A stretch of DNA of 64,000 bases from a virus. Made by a program: the position numbers and the translations under genes. The stretch lies in IMG/VR virus record IMGVR_UViG_3300009158_000048, positions 3,579 through 67,578 of that record, one strand, 5' to 3'. The notes under the pieces were generated by a model. The model did no database searches, had not been told where the DNA came from, and was given only the letters and a program-made list of their open reading frames with translations. Positions 1 through 10,930 of the stretch are shown here, piece after piece. Position 1 is the stretch's first letter. Each line of letters opens with the position of its first letter.

Positions 1-1
1 A

Positions 2-661
2 GATGAGATTCAAAATATATGGAACTCTGAGTCAACAAGAGCAATTACCTTAGGAACATATTATCATAACCAAAGAGAATCTGACTTGTGTTCATTAGCT
101 TCAATGGAAAGAGAAGGTGTAACTGTTCCTGTCTTTGCTCCTTTACCAGAAAAGGATGGTGCAAAATATGCTCCCTTACAGAAGTTAGAACCAGGAGTAT
201 ATCCTGAACATATGGTTTATCTTAAGTCTGCTAGTATCTGTGGGCAATCAGATTTAGTAGAAGTGGTTAATGGTAAAGTAAATATCATTGATTATAAAAC
301 TAATAAAGAGATAAAGACTGAATCTTATGTGGATTGGGAAGGCAAATCAGAAAAATTACTTGCACCAGTAGATAGTTTAGATGACTGTAATTTTAATCAC
401 TATGCATTACAGCTTAGTATTTATATGTATATTATTCTTAAGCATAACCCTAAGTTAAAACCTGGTAGAATATTTATACACCATATTACATTTGAACAAG
501 AGGATGTTGATAAGTGGGGGTACCCGGTTGCTAAACTTGATGGCAATGGTGAGCCTATAGTAAAAGAAGTAGTTCCTATGGCTATTCCTTATTTAGTAGA
601 TGAAGTAATAAGTATTATGCATTATTTGCATGAGAACAAACATAAAGTAAAAAAGAAATGA
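2..661 (+). CDS. PD-(D/E)XK family exonuclease (5'-truncated by window)
   Basis: The frame is open from base 2 (DEIQNIWNSESTRAITLGTYYH...), so the true start is upstream of the window. Motifs GT..H, GQSDLVEV...IIDYKT and Y.LQLSIY match the RecB/Cas4-like PD-(D/E)XK pattern. Confidence 0.75.
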   Translation, partial: DEIQNIWNSESTRAITLGTYYHNQRESDLCSLASMEREGVTVPVFAPLPEKDGAKYAPLQKLEPGVYPEHMVYLKSASICGQSDLVEVVNGKVNIIDYKTNKEIKTESYVDWEGKSEKLLAPVDSLDDCNFNHYALQLSIYMYIILKHNPKLKPGRIFIHHITFEQEDVDKWGYPVAKLDGNGEPIVKEVVPMAIPYLVDEVISIMHYLHENKHKVKKK

Positions 662-1173
662 TTATAAGACTATTTGATGTACAAAATGGAATTGTTATTC
701 CTACTGAACATTGCTATACATTAAAAGCTTTAAAAGATGTTATGGATAATTATCCAGAAGATTATTTAAAGATATATCTGTATCTTTTTTACATGACCTG
801 TCCTAATCCAGATATGAATCCGTTTTTTCATACTCCAGAAATTGATAAAGAAAGTATCATATTAAAAGAAATAGCAGCTGAGTTTTCTACAGAAGATGAT
901 GATATTCATATTGCTTTGCAATTTTGTCAAAGAATGTATGAAACACCAACATCTAGAGCATATAAAGGTATGGCATCTATGTTAGATAGATTGGCTAGAT
1001 ATATGGAAACAACTCAGATCACTGCCGGTAGGGATGGTAATATTAATTCACTAGTTGCTGCAGCTAAAAACTTTGACCAGATTAGAGCTTCATTTAAAGG
1101 AGTATACAAAGATCTCCAAGATGAACAATCTAGTAAAGTTCGCGGAGGCCAGGGGCTTGCATATGATTCTTAA
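658..1173 (+). CDS. hypothetical protein, candidate terminase small subunit
   Basis: 171-aa ORF overlapping the upstream stop (ATGA) and ending 3 nt before terL, with a helical C-terminus. Function inferred from position only. Confidence 0.4.
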   Translation: MIIRLFDVQNGIVIPTEHCYTLKALKDVMDNYPEDYLKIYLYLFYMTCPNPDMNPFFHTPEIDKESIILKEIAAEFSTEDDDIHIALQFCQRMYETPTSRAYKGMASMLDRLARYMETTQITAGRDGNINSLVAAAKNFDQIRASFKGVYKDLQDEQSSKVRGGQGLAYDS

Positions 1174-1176
1174 ACT

Positions 1177-3378
1177 ATGAATGAAATTTATCAAGATATA
1201 CCCTGTTGGGATAATGGTACATGGACAACAGTATCATTTGATTCTAGAGAAGAATTCTCAAGAACTATTGCAGAAATGTTTTCTGAACCTGGAAAATACA
1301 ATTTTGATGAGACTAGTTTTCTTTTTAATCAAGAAGCCGTAAAGTTTAGAGAGCAGAATGTTTATTGTATAGCACCATTTAGATCAAGAGATTTTATATC
1401 TTATTGGGATGATCAGAAACATAAATGTAGAAAAGGAGTATTCTATATAAATGGTAATAAGAAATGGTATCTTACTAGAGATTACTATATGTGGTTAAAC
1501 TTCTTACCTATCTTTGATAAGGAACAACAAAAGTTTGACTTTGCAAAAGTCAGAGATGCTCAGTATCACATGGCTTTATATGAACTACTAGCAGAACTTA
1601 ATTATAAACATGTTGCTATTCTGAAGAAACGTCAGATAGCATCCTCATACTTCCATATCTCTAAGTTACTTAATCAGCTTTGGTTTGAAGCTGGGGTAAC
1701 TTTGAAGATGGGAGCCAGCCTCAAAGATTATATCAATGAGAAAGGTTCTTGGAAGTTTATGTCAGAATATGCTGCGTTCTTAAATGAACATACGGCATGG
1801 TACCGTCCAATGTCTCCAGACAAAGTTCTAATGTGGCAGCAAAAGATTGAAGTAAGAAAAGGGGACAGAAAAACAGAAGTGGGTTTAAAGGGTACTATGC
1901 AAGGCATGTCATTTGAGAAAGATCCAACAAATGGTGTAGGGGGTCCGGTAAAATACTTCTTTCATGAAGAAGCAGGGATTGCACCAAAGATGGATTTAAC
2001 CTATGAGTATATGCGTCCTGCTATGGCATCTGGTTTAATTACTACAGGAATGTTTATTGCTGCAGGATCTGTAGGAGATTTATCTCAGTGTGAACCATTA
2101 AGAAAAATGATACTTTCACCAACTGATACAGATGTGTATGCTGTTGAGACTGACCTTATAGACTCAAAAGGAACTTATGGTATGTCAGGTTTGTTTATTC
2201 CTGAACAATGGTCAATGCCTCCATACATAGATGACTATGGTAATTCACTTGTCAAAGAAGCATTAAAAGCTTTAGATGAACAATTTGCCGCCTGGAAGAA
2301 AGAACTTGATCCAGAAACTTATCAGTTAAGAATATCTCAGAGACCAAGAAACATAGAGGAAGCATTTGCCCATAGAAGTGTATCTGTTTTTCCACCACAT
2401 CTTGTAACTGCACAACAAAGAAGAATAGAAGACAAAGAATATGCCTATGAATTCTTGGATATAAGTACTGATGAGAATGGTAAACCTTCTGTTAAACCAT
2501 CTAATAGACAGCCAATTAAAGAATTTCCAGTAACTAAAAAGACTGAAGATAAAACAGGAGTACTAGTAGTTTGGGAAAGACCAATTAAAGACCCAACTTT
2601 TGGACAGTACTATGCTTCTATTGACCCCGTGTCAGAAGGTAAAACTACAACATCAGATTCATTATGTTCTATCTATGTTATGAAAGCTCCTGTAGAAGTT
2701 ACAAAAGTAACTGGTATAGAAACTGAAACTTACATAGAACCAGATAAGATTGTAGCTGCTTGGTGTGGTAGGTTTGATGACCTTAATAAAACTCACCAGA
2801 GACTGGAGTTAATTATAGAATGGTATAATGCATGGACAGTAATTGAGAATAACATCTCATTATTTATCCAGTATATGATATCTAGAAAGAAACAAAGATT
2901 CTTAGTACCTAAAAGTCAGATCATGTTCTTGAAAGATTTGGGTGCAAATGCTAACGTCTTCCAGGAGTATGGTTGGAAAAATACAGGAACTTTATTTAAA
3001 CAACATCTTCTTAACTATGCAATAGAATATACTAAAGAAGAATTAGATGTAGAAACTAAAACAGATGGTACAATTGTACGTACAAAATACGGTATAGAAA
3101 GAATACCTGACCCCATGTTACTTACTGAAATGCGTGAATATGCACCAGGAGTCAATGTGGATAGACTAGTTTCATTCTGTGCATTGGTTGCATTTATGAG
3201 AATACAGCAATCAAACAGAGGTTATGCTAAAAGAGTAATAATGGATGATGCCGCTAAAAACTTGCAAAAGTCAGAAAATTTGTTTAAATTAAACAATAGT
3301 CCATTTAGACATATTGGTAAATCAGTTTATAGGAATAGTGATGGCGGCAAGCGGTCTCCTTTTAAACATTTTAAATAA
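1177..3378 (+). CDS. terL: terminase large subunit
   Basis: ATPase motifs (ILKKRQIASSY Walker A-like, YFFHEEAG Walker B), RNase H-like nuclease motifs (YYASIDP, VIENN, NVDRLVSF), and position directly upstream of the portal as in crAss-like phages. Confidence 0.9.
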   Translation: MNEIYQDIPCWDNGTWTTVSFDSREEFSRTIAEMFSEPGKYNFDETSFLFNQEAVKFREQNVYCIAPFRSRDFISYWDDQKHKCRKGVFYINGNKKWYLTRDYYMWLNFLPIFDKEQQKFDFAKVRDAQYHMALYELLAELNYKHVAILKKRQIASSYFHISKLLNQLWFEAGVTLKMGASLKDYINEKGSWKFMSEYAAFLNEHTAWYRPMSPDKVLMWQQKIEVRKGDRKTEVGLKGTMQGMSFEKDPTNGVGGPVKYFFHEEAGIAPKMDLTYEYMRPAMASGLITTGMFIAAGSVGDLSQCEPLRKMILSPTDTDVYAVETDLIDSKGTYGMSGLFIPEQWSMPPYIDDYGNSLVKEALKALDEQFAAWKKELDPETYQLRISQRPRNIEEAFAHRSVSVFPPHLVTAQQRRIEDKEYAYEFLDISTDENGKPSVKPSNRQPIKEFPVTKKTEDKTGVLVVWERPIKDPTFGQYYASIDPVSEGKTTTSDSLCSIYVMKAPVEVTKVTGIETETYIEPDKIVAAWCGRFDDLNKTHQRLELIIEWYNAWTVIENNISLFIQYMISRKKQRFLVPKSQIMFLKDLGANANVFQEYGWKNTGTLFKQHLLNYAIEYTKEELDVETKTDGTIVRTKYGIERIPDPMLLTEMREYAPGVNVDRLVSFCALVAFMRIQQSNRGYAKRVIMDDAAKNLQKSENLFKLNNSPFRHIGKSVYRNSDGGKRSPFKHFK
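3262..3292 (+). promoter_or_regulatory. candidate promoter inside the terL 3' end (TTG-N20-TAAATTAA)
   Basis: Same bipartite pattern and spacing as the intergenic elements at 15125, 20380 and 22747; about 90 nt upstream of the portal start. Confidence 0.35.
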
Positions 3379-3383
3379 TAAGT

Positions 3384-6137
3384 ATGCAAATATATAACGC
3401 ATTACAGTTAAAGAAAGGTGCTAAGACTCAGCATAATAGGATGGGTAGTATTACTCAACCTTTACAATTTTTATCAAATAAAGATAAAGATGAAGAATGG
3501 GCAGCATGGAACCTTGACTGGTTAGAATGGAACGGCCTTAAACAAGTCCGCAGAAATGCCCGTAGGTTAATGAAGAACTACAAACTTGCAAAGGGTATTA
3601 TTGATAAGACAGATTATCTTATGGTAGAAGATAATGAAATGAGAGATATAGTAGAAGTCTTAACTAAAGAAGATGCATCTGCTATGGAACTTAAGTTCTA
3701 TCCTATCATCCCAAATGTTATTAATGTTCTAGTAGCTGAATTTGCTAAGAGATCAACTAAACTTACATACCGTGCAGTAGATGATTTCTCATATAATGAG
3801 ATGATGGAGCAAAAGCGCAAGATGGTAGAAGATACCTTAATGGCGGATGCTCAAACTAAAATCATGGCTGCTCTAGTTGAACAAGGCCTAGATCAAAATT
3901 CTGAAGAAGCAAATAAACAATTACAACCAGATACTTTAAAGTCATTACCAGAGATTGAACAATTCTTTAAGAAGGATTATAGAGGAATGGTAGAGCAATG
4001 GGCATCTCATCAACATGCAGTTGATACTGAAAGATTCAGAATGGATGAACTTGAGGAAAGAGGATTCAGAGATATGCTTATTACAGATAGAGAGTTCTGG
4101 CATTTTAGAATGATGGAAGATGACTATGAAGTAGAACTTTGGAATCCACCATTAACATTCTATCACAAATCTCCAGATGCTAGATATATTTCACAAGGTA
4201 ACTGGGTAGGTAAAATTGATATGTTTACTGTATCTGATGTTATTGATAAATTTGGATACTTAATGACCCAAGAGCAGATGGAAGCTTGTGAAGCAATCTA
4301 CCCTATTAGGTCAGGAGGTTACATTACCGGAGGATATCAAAATGATGGTACATACTATGATGCTACCAAATCTCATGATTGGAATACTAATATGCCTTCT
4401 CTTGCTTACAGACAATATACATCAATGATGGCTGGATCTGTTTATGATGGAGGTGATATTATAAATCAAATACTCTCAGAGGGAGAAGATTACTTTGACC
4501 AAGGTACTGCATATTTATTACGTTGTACTACTTCTTACTGGAAGTCTCAGCGTAAAGTAGGACACTTAACTAAGATTAATGAAACCGGTGAAGTTATTAC
4601 AGAAATAATTACTGAAGATTATAAAGTAACAGATAAGCCAATCTATGATACAAGATTGTTTAAAAACAAAACAAGAGATAATATTGTATTTGGAGAACAC
4701 ATTGATTGGATTTGGATTAATGAAGTATGGGGCGGTGTAAAGATTGGACCAAATATTCCTTCATTCTGGGGTATGAATAATCCTGGAGGTTTCTCACCTA
4801 TCTATATTGGTATTGAAAAAAATCATATTGGCCCATTAAAATTCCAATTCAAGGGAGACAATAGCCTATATGGATGTAAACTACCCGTAGAAGGCGCAGT
4901 CTTTTCAGATAGAAATACTAAGTCAACTGCATTGTTAGATTTAATGAAACCATATCAAATTGGATTCAATATTGTAAATAACCAAATTGCAGATATCTTA
5001 GTAGATGAACTAGGTACTGTAATCATGTTAGATCAAAACTCTTTACCAAGACACTCATTAGGAGAAGACTGGGGGAAAGGTAACTTAGCTAAAGCCTATG
5101 TTGCAATGAAGAACTTCCAGATGTTACCATTAGATACTTCTATTACAAATACTGAGAATGCTCTTAACTTTAACCATTTCCAAAAACTAGATTTATCTCA
5201 GACAGAAAGATTAATGTCAAGGATACAATTGGCTACACACTTTAAACAACAAGCATATGAAGTAATTGGTGTTAATCCACAAAGGATGGGGCAACAGATA
5301 TCACAGATGACTGCTACAGGGGTAGAACAAGCCACTGCAGCCTCTTACGCACAGACAGAGGTATTCTTTATTCAACACTGTGATTACTTGATGCCTAGAG
5401 TACACCAAATGCGTACTGACTTAGCACAGTATTATCACTCAACTAATCCATCTAAAAGATTAACTTATATGACATCAGCAGATGAGAAAGTAAACTTTGA
5501 GATAAATGGTACTGACTTATTAGCAAGAGATCTAAATATTTTTGCAAGTACAACTGCAAATCATAGAGCTATCCTTGAGCAATTAAAACAAATGGCACTT
5601 ACTAATAATACTACCGGAGCATCTATCTATGACTTAGGTAAATTAGTTCAGTCAGATTCAATTGCACAAATGAACACTGTTCTTAAAGAAGCTGAGAGTA
5701 AACAAACTCAACAAAAACAACAAGAGCAACAGTCAGCACAACAAATGCAAGAACAACAACTTGCATCTCAGAAAGAACAGAAACAGATGGAGATTGATGC
5801 TGAGGCTACTAAGGAAGAGAAGAATAGACAGAGAGATATTCTGGTTGCAGAAATACGCGCAGCAGGTTATGGATCTATGTCAGATGTCAATAAGAATATG
5901 GAATCAGACTATGTTGATGCAATGAAAGAGATCAGATCAACTGATCAATATCAAGAGCAAACTAATCTTCAGAGAGAAAAGGAAGTTAACCGTATGAATA
6001 TTGATTCTCAGAAGAACCAGATAGAACGGGAAAAAATAGCTGCTCAGAAAGAAATTGCTAACAAGCAATTGCAGATTGCACAAGAAAACAAAAATAAATT
6101 TGACACCGGTAGTAAAAATAAGGGAGAGAAAAAATAG
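3384..6137 (+). CDS. portal protein
   Basis: 917 aa between terL and the capsid genes, YPIIPNVINVLVAE segment and long Q/E/K-rich coiled-coil C-terminus; crAss-like synteny. Confidence 0.85.
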   Translation: MQIYNALQLKKGAKTQHNRMGSITQPLQFLSNKDKDEEWAAWNLDWLEWNGLKQVRRNARRLMKNYKLAKGIIDKTDYLMVEDNEMRDIVEVLTKEDASAMELKFYPIIPNVINVLVAEFAKRSTKLTYRAVDDFSYNEMMEQKRKMVEDTLMADAQTKIMAALVEQGLDQNSEEANKQLQPDTLKSLPEIEQFFKKDYRGMVEQWASHQHAVDTERFRMDELEERGFRDMLITDREFWHFRMMEDDYEVELWNPPLTFYHKSPDARYISQGNWVGKIDMFTVSDVIDKFGYLMTQEQMEACEAIYPIRSGGYITGGYQNDGTYYDATKSHDWNTNMPSLAYRQYTSMMAGSVYDGGDIINQILSEGEDYFDQGTAYLLRCTTSYWKSQRKVGHLTKINETGEVITEIITEDYKVTDKPIYDTRLFKNKTRDNIVFGEHIDWIWINEVWGGVKIGPNIPSFWGMNNPGGFSPIYIGIEKNHIGPLKFQFKGDNSLYGCKLPVEGAVFSDRNTKSTALLDLMKPYQIGFNIVNNQIADILVDELGTVIMLDQNSLPRHSLGEDWGKGNLAKAYVAMKNFQMLPLDTSITNTENALNFNHFQKLDLSQTERLMSRIQLATHFKQQAYEVIGVNPQRMGQQISQMTATGVEQATAASYAQTEVFFIQHCDYLMPRVHQMRTDLAQYYHSTNPSKRLTYMTSADEKVNFEINGTDLLARDLNIFASTTANHRAILEQLKQMALTNNTTGASIYDLGKLVQSDSIAQMNTVLKEAESKQTQQKQQEQQSAQQMQEQQLASQKEQKQMEIDAEATKEEKNRQRDILVAEIRAAGYGSMSDVNKNMESDYVDAMKEIRSTDQYQEQTNLQREKEVNRMNIDSQKNQIEREKIAAQKEIANKQLQIAQENKNKFDTGSKNKGEKK

Positions 6138-6191
6138 CCTTAGCTATATAATGTGAAAATCTTTTTTTATTACTATAAATTTCTCAAGTTT

Positions 6192-6211
6192 AATTTGTAT
6201 ATTAAAGTATA
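6192..6211 (+). promoter_or_regulatory. candidate late promoter core (AATTTGTATATTAAAGTATA)
   Basis: Intergenic TTTGTATATTA element shared with 20399-20409; lacks the upstream TTG. Confidence 0.4.
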
Positions 6212-6228
6212 AACAAAAACCAACAATA

Positions 6229-7512
6229 ATGAGTGATAACACAAAAAACCCAACTGGGGAAACCCAGATGTTAGATTCTACAACGGTAGATCAAGTAGAT
6301 GTAAATTTAGATGAGATCTTTGGTAGTCCGGGTGCGGATAGCATAATGCTTCCTTCAAATGGAGAACAAGCAGAGAAACCTAAAAATTTATTTTCTAAAG
6401 AAGATGTAGTAGATACTTCGTTCATTGACATGCCTAATGTTACTGCTAAAGATAAGCAGGAAGCAGCAGAAAAGAAAGCAGATGTTGAAGAGGCAATTGC
6501 TGAATTAGATGGCTTAATCTCTCAAGAAGAGGATGCTGGAAATAAAGGAAGACCAAAGGTTGATAAATCTGGTCTTGCTGAGTTAGCATCTAAAATGATT
6601 GAAGAAGGAGCTCTAATGGCTTTTGATGATGATAAACCTTTAGAGGAATATACAACAAAAGATTTTAGAGAACTTTTTGAAGCTAATTTTGAAGATAAAG
6701 AAAATAAAGTTAGAGAGAATGTTCCAAAAGAATTCTTTAAGTCATTGCCGGAAGAACTTCAAATAGCAGCTAAGTATGTAGCTGATGGTGGACAAGATCT
6801 TAAAGGTTTGTTTAGAACACTTGCTCAAGTTGAAGAAGTATTTGAACTTGATCCAAACATTGAACAACACCAAGAAGAAATTACACGTCAATACTTATAT
6901 GCTACTAATTTTGGAACTGCAGAAGAAATTGAAGATGAGATTAATGATTGGAAAGACATTGATAAGCTTGGACAAAAAGCAAAACAATTCAAACCAAAGT
7001 TAGATAGAATGCATGAAGAAGTTGTTGCTAGAAAACTTGCAGAGCAAGAGCATAAGAAAGAACAACAAGCACATCAAGCTAAAGCTTACCAAGACAATGT
7101 GTATAACACACTTGTTGGAGGTGAGTTAGGAGGATTAAAAATTGATAAGAAAGTACAAGGTATGCTTTACTCAGGATTGGTTCAACCTAATTACTCTTCA
7201 ATTTCTGGTAAGCAAACTAACTTACTTGGACACTTACTAGAGAAGTATCAGTTTGTAGAACCAAGACATGATTTAATTGCTGAAGCACTTTGGTTATTAT
7301 CTGATCCAGAAGGATACAGAAATAAAGTAAAAGATGTAGGTGGTAAAGCTGTTGTAGAAAAAACAGTAAGGCAATTAAAAACTGAGGAATCTAGAAAACT
7401 TTCTAGTTCTTCAACAAATACAGGAGATGATGAAATCAGTAGACCAACTGGTAACAGATCATCACAAAGGACAATCCCTCGCCAGAACAATATGTTCAAA
7501 AGAGGCTTTTAA
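6229..7512 (+). CDS. acidic helical protein, probable capsid scaffold/assembly protein
   Basis: D/E-rich and coiled-coil-like, located between portal and major capsid protein as in the crAss-like capsid module. Confidence 0.55.
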   Translation: MSDNTKNPTGETQMLDSTTVDQVDVNLDEIFGSPGADSIMLPSNGEQAEKPKNLFSKEDVVDTSFIDMPNVTAKDKQEAAEKKADVEEAIAELDGLISQEEDAGNKGRPKVDKSGLAELASKMIEEGALMAFDDDKPLEEYTTKDFRELFEANFEDKENKVRENVPKEFFKSLPEELQIAAKYVADGGQDLKGLFRTLAQVEEVFELDPNIEQHQEEITRQYLYATNFGTAEEIEDEINDWKDIDKLGQKAKQFKPKLDRMHEEVVARKLAEQEHKKEQQAHQAKAYQDNVYNTLVGGELGGLKIDKKVQGMLYSGLVQPNYSSISGKQTNLLGHLLEKYQFVEPRHDLIAEALWLLSDPEGYRNKVKDVGGKAVVEKTVRQLKTEESRKLSSSSTNTGDDEISRPTGNRSSQRTIPRQNNMFKRGF

Positions 7513-7539
7513 ATAGTAACAAATAAAAACAAATAAACA

Positions 7540-9159
7540 ATGGCAACTCCAGTAATGAACAATGGTATTTTCCTAAGGGATACCGCTTACAACGCAAGTT
7601 CCCATGTGGATTCGTACCACCTGGTAAACATGCTAAAAGATGCAGAACCAATGGACTTAGGTCCAGTGGATCTATGGGCTATGGCTCAGAAAGTTGAAAT
7701 GCCTCTTTATCAAATGTCTTCATTTGGTGGGAAAAATGTAATTAATGTAGATAATGCTCGTGGAGAGTACAAATGGCAGACTCCTGTTTCTACAGATCTT
7801 CCATACATCATTGAAGATATTGAAGGACAAAATGAGTTCAAAGGTATTGATGGGACTACATTCCGTATCAAATTAAGTAGACGTGAGTTTGGACATGGTG
7901 ATATCATCACTTATGACAAATACAACGGTGTTGAGATGTACATCACAGCTGAAGACATTCTTCCAATGGGTGATGGTTTTATCTATACTGTACAGTTGGT
8001 AAACAATGACAACTTCAAATACTTGGATAACAAGTACTTGGCTAATGGTACTAAAGTATTCCGTAAAGGTTCCGCAAGAGGTGAGTATGGTGAGAGATTC
8101 TCTGACATTACAACAAGAACAGGATTCCGTGAATTCTATAACTTTGTTGGTGGTGCTGAAGCTCACGTACATTATTCTGTATCTTCAAGAGCAGACTTAA
8201 TGATCAAAGGTGGAATGAATGCAGATGGTACAGTTCCTGTAACTGAAATCTGGAGAACATTTGACAAGTCTAACTTAGATCCTTCTATTACTTCCCTAGA
8301 GGACATGGTAAAAGTAATGGGTAAAGACAAAGTGAAAAAAGCATTTGATAATGGTGATTTGTCAAGAACATTCTTGACTACTATGGAATCTGCTCACTTA
8401 TCTAAAATTGCTACTGACATTGAGACTTACTTAATGTGGGGACAAGGTGGTAGAGTTCGTCAAGATGGACCAGATGATCTTAGATTATCAGTGGGTCTTT
8501 GGAAGCAGTTAGATAACTCTTTCAAAAGAATCTATAACAAAAACAATTTCACACTTGATTTATTCCGTTCTGAGATCTACAACTTCTTCAATGGAAAAGT
8601 TGAGTTCCAAGGACCAGATCCAAAAAGATCTCTAGTAGTTCAAACTGGTATGGGTGGGATGAGAATGGTAAATGAGGCAATTAAGAAAGAAGCTGTATCT
8701 TCAGGTCTTTTAATTCAAGCTGCTGATATCGGTGCAATCACTGGTAAAGGAATGGACTTGAACTTTGGATTTGCTTACACTTCTTATGTTATCCCATTCT
8801 TGGCTAACGTGAAGTTTGTATTGAATCCTGCATTTGACAATGTTCATACAAATGATATTGAGAACCCAATCATTGATGGTTTCCCATTATCTTCTTATTC
8901 ATTCATTATCTTTGATATCACAGATAATACAAATGATAACATCTTCTTATTGAAATTATCTTGGGATAATCAATTGAAATGGTGGTATCAAAATGGTACT
9001 ATGGACTACATGGGCCGTACACAAGGATTCCAGTCTTCTGGACAATTCAATGGGTACCGCGTAATGATGTCTCAGACAATGCCAGCTATCTGGGTTAAAG
9101 ACCCAACTAAAGTGTTAAAGATTGTTATGAGAAACCCAATCACTGGTGGATCTTTCTAA
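7540..9159 (+). CDS. major capsid protein
   Basis: 539 aa, position in the module, strongly biased codons (TTC/AAC/ATC/TAC) typical of a highly expressed gene, followed by a strong terminator. Confidence 0.85.
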   Translation: MATPVMNNGIFLRDTAYNASSHVDSYHLVNMLKDAEPMDLGPVDLWAMAQKVEMPLYQMSSFGGKNVINVDNARGEYKWQTPVSTDLPYIIEDIEGQNEFKGIDGTTFRIKLSRREFGHGDIITYDKYNGVEMYITAEDILPMGDGFIYTVQLVNNDNFKYLDNKYLANGTKVFRKGSARGEYGERFSDITTRTGFREFYNFVGGAEAHVHYSVSSRADLMIKGGMNADGTVPVTEIWRTFDKSNLDPSITSLEDMVKVMGKDKVKKAFDNGDLSRTFLTTMESAHLSKIATDIETYLMWGQGGRVRQDGPDDLRLSVGLWKQLDNSFKRIYNKNNFTLDLFRSEIYNFFNGKVEFQGPDPKRSLVVQTGMGGMRMVNEAIKKEAVSSGLLIQAADIGAITGKGMDLNFGFAYTSYVIPFLANVKFVLNPAFDNVHTNDIENPIIDGFPLSSYSFIIFDITDNTNDNIFLLKLSWDNQLKWWYQNGTMDYMGRTQGFQSSGQFNGYRVMMSQTMPAIWVKDPTKVLKIVMRNPITGGSF

Positions 9160-9179
9160 CCAGACACTATAACAAAAAC

Positions 9180-9207
9180 AGGGAGGGGGTGACTCCTCCC
9201 TTTTTTT
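9180..9207 (+). terminator. rho-independent terminator
   Basis: AGGGAGG-GGGTGACT-CCTCCCT hairpin followed by a T run, just after the capsid gene. Confidence 0.85.
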
Positions 9208-9251
9208 AATTTTAATTAATTTTAACCAACAATAATAAAACCAACAACAAA

Positions 9252-10268
9252 ATGGAAAATTTCACAATGATAGAAACCGGGAGAGGCACAGTTAAACAAA
9301 CACCAATAGCTGTAAGACCTTTCTTTGATTCAAGTGCTTCTAATATGGGATTAGAAGATTATGGTATGTCTTTGTTTGATGGGGTAACTCATCATGAACA
9401 AATTGCATGTTTAGAAAATAATGGAGTAGTTAGGTACTTAACAGGACTTAATGAATTTGCTCCAGATATTAGATTAATGAATGAACAAGATAAAGCTGCA
9501 AGGATTAAAGAAATTAGAGCTGCAGTAGGTGAGTTAGAAAAAGAACTAGCTGCTAATGTTATTGACTTAGATGATCCACAATTCTGGAATAAAGTAAAGT
9601 TGCTTAAGCCAGACAATTCTGACTTCTGGAATAGAATTAGTATTGCTTGTGGTAATGAACCTGTATTCTTGGATCCTAAAGATCCTTATGATAGAATTAA
9701 GTTATATGGTATTGAAGCAGGAGGATTTTCTTTGATAGCAAAAAGTTTTGATGATGCAAGATCAAGAGCAGTAGCTCCTAAGTTTTATTTAGATAAAACA
9801 GAAGAAACTGTAATGGCAAGAACTGAATACAAGAAATTGCGTAACAAAGCACTTTCTGAACTTCAGAAATTATTTGATAAAAATAGTACTAAGTTATTCT
9901 ACATTGCAAAAGTTGTAGATATAAATAGTACACAATATAAGAAGTCAACACCTAATGATGCTATTTATGAAAACATGGATAACTACATTAATGGATTAGG
10001 TGGAGAAACAAACATGGAACGTGCAGCTAAATCTTTTGTTGAAACTGCAAATATGGATATGGAAACACTTAAAATTAAATCAATTGTTAGAGATTCCGTA
10101 TTTTTTAAGTATATTGTTAATAAGGCTGATGGTTATATCTATCACACTAAGACTAACTCATTGTTAGGAAGAAATGTATCAGATGTAGTAGAACACATGA
10201 GAAATCCTTTAAATGAGGATATCTTAAAAGATCTAAACCAGTCTTGTGAAAAGTATTGGAACTCTTAA
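9252..10268 (+). CDS. conserved crAss-like protein downstream of the capsid gene
   Basis: 338-aa ORF immediately after the MCP, the slot of the conserved 'gene 75'-type protein in crAss-like phages; synteny only. Confidence 0.5.
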   Translation: MENFTMIETGRGTVKQTPIAVRPFFDSSASNMGLEDYGMSLFDGVTHHEQIACLENNGVVRYLTGLNEFAPDIRLMNEQDKAARIKEIRAAVGELEKELAANVIDLDDPQFWNKVKLLKPDNSDFWNRISIACGNEPVFLDPKDPYDRIKLYGIEAGGFSLIAKSFDDARSRAVAPKFYLDKTEETVMARTEYKKLRNKALSELQKLFDKNSTKLFYIAKVVDINSTQYKKSTPNDAIYENMDNYINGLGGETNMERAAKSFVETANMDMETLKIKSIVRDSVFFKYIVNKADGYIYHTKTNSLLGRNVSDVVEHMRNPLNEDILKDLNQSCEKYWNS

Positions 10269-10280
10269 AACTAAAATAAA

Positions 10281-10925
10281 ATGGCGGCTAAAATGACAAA
10301 AAAACAAATGGGTGGAATGCACGTGATGCAGGATGGCTCAATGATGAAAAATTCCATGATGAAAAAAGGTGGCGCTAAAAAGAAAATGAAAACAGGTGGT
10401 ACTCCACCATCTCCTTCAAAAATTAAAGGTCAAGCTTTAAAAATGTGGGGTGATGAAAAAGCACTTACGGGTGCTATGCTTAAAGATGCTGCTGAAAAAT
10501 CTAAAAGTCAATCTTTAGGTATAAATAAAAAGGATACTCTTTTTGGTGATCATGCAATTATAAAATTAATAAATCAAAAGAATTCTGCTCAAGATGATAA
10601 AGGTAAATCAGGAGCTCAATTAAAAGCAGAAGGTTTAGCAAAGAAAAAAGTTGGTGATGCACAAAAAGCAGCAGGTAAAAAATTAAAAGAAATAGGTGAT
10701 GCTAAAAGAAGGGCTGGTGAGAAAATGAAATATGGCAAAACTGGTGGTATGGTTAAAAAAATGAAAACAGGAGGAATGGTTAATTCAAATGCTCTTGTTT
10801 CAGTAACTAAAGTTTCAAGAGGAAGACCGGTTAAATCTGCTGAACCTAAATCTGCTGCTAAAAAAGCAACAGGAAGAGTAGGTGGTACTAGTAAAGCTCC
10901 TAAAAATGCAACTCCTAAAAAATAA
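10281..10925 (+). CDS. Lys-rich basic protein with xxxGG repeats
   Basis: KQMGG, MKKGG, MKTGG x2, GKTGG; low-complexity K/A/G/M composition. Confidence 0.7.
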   Translation: MAAKMTKKQMGGMHVMQDGSMMKNSMMKKGGAKKKMKTGGTPPSPSKIKGQALKMWGDEKALTGAMLKDAAEKSKSQSLGINKKDTLFGDHAIIKLINQKNSAQDDKGKSGAQLKAEGLAKKKVGDAQKAAGKKLKEIGDAKRRAGEKMKYGKTGGMVKKMKTGGMVNSNALVSVTKVSRGRPVKSAEPKSAAKKATGRVGGTSKAPKNATPKK

Positions 10926-10930
10926 ATAAA

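Noticed and set aside
2-661. Cas4 / CRISPR association of the nuclease
   Set aside because: No Fe-S cysteine cluster at the C-terminus and no cas genes or array nearby.
1177-9159. Introns or inteins in terL, portal or capsid genes
   Set aside because: The ORFs are uninterrupted, of ordinary size, and show no intein splice or homing-endonuclease motifs that I could see.
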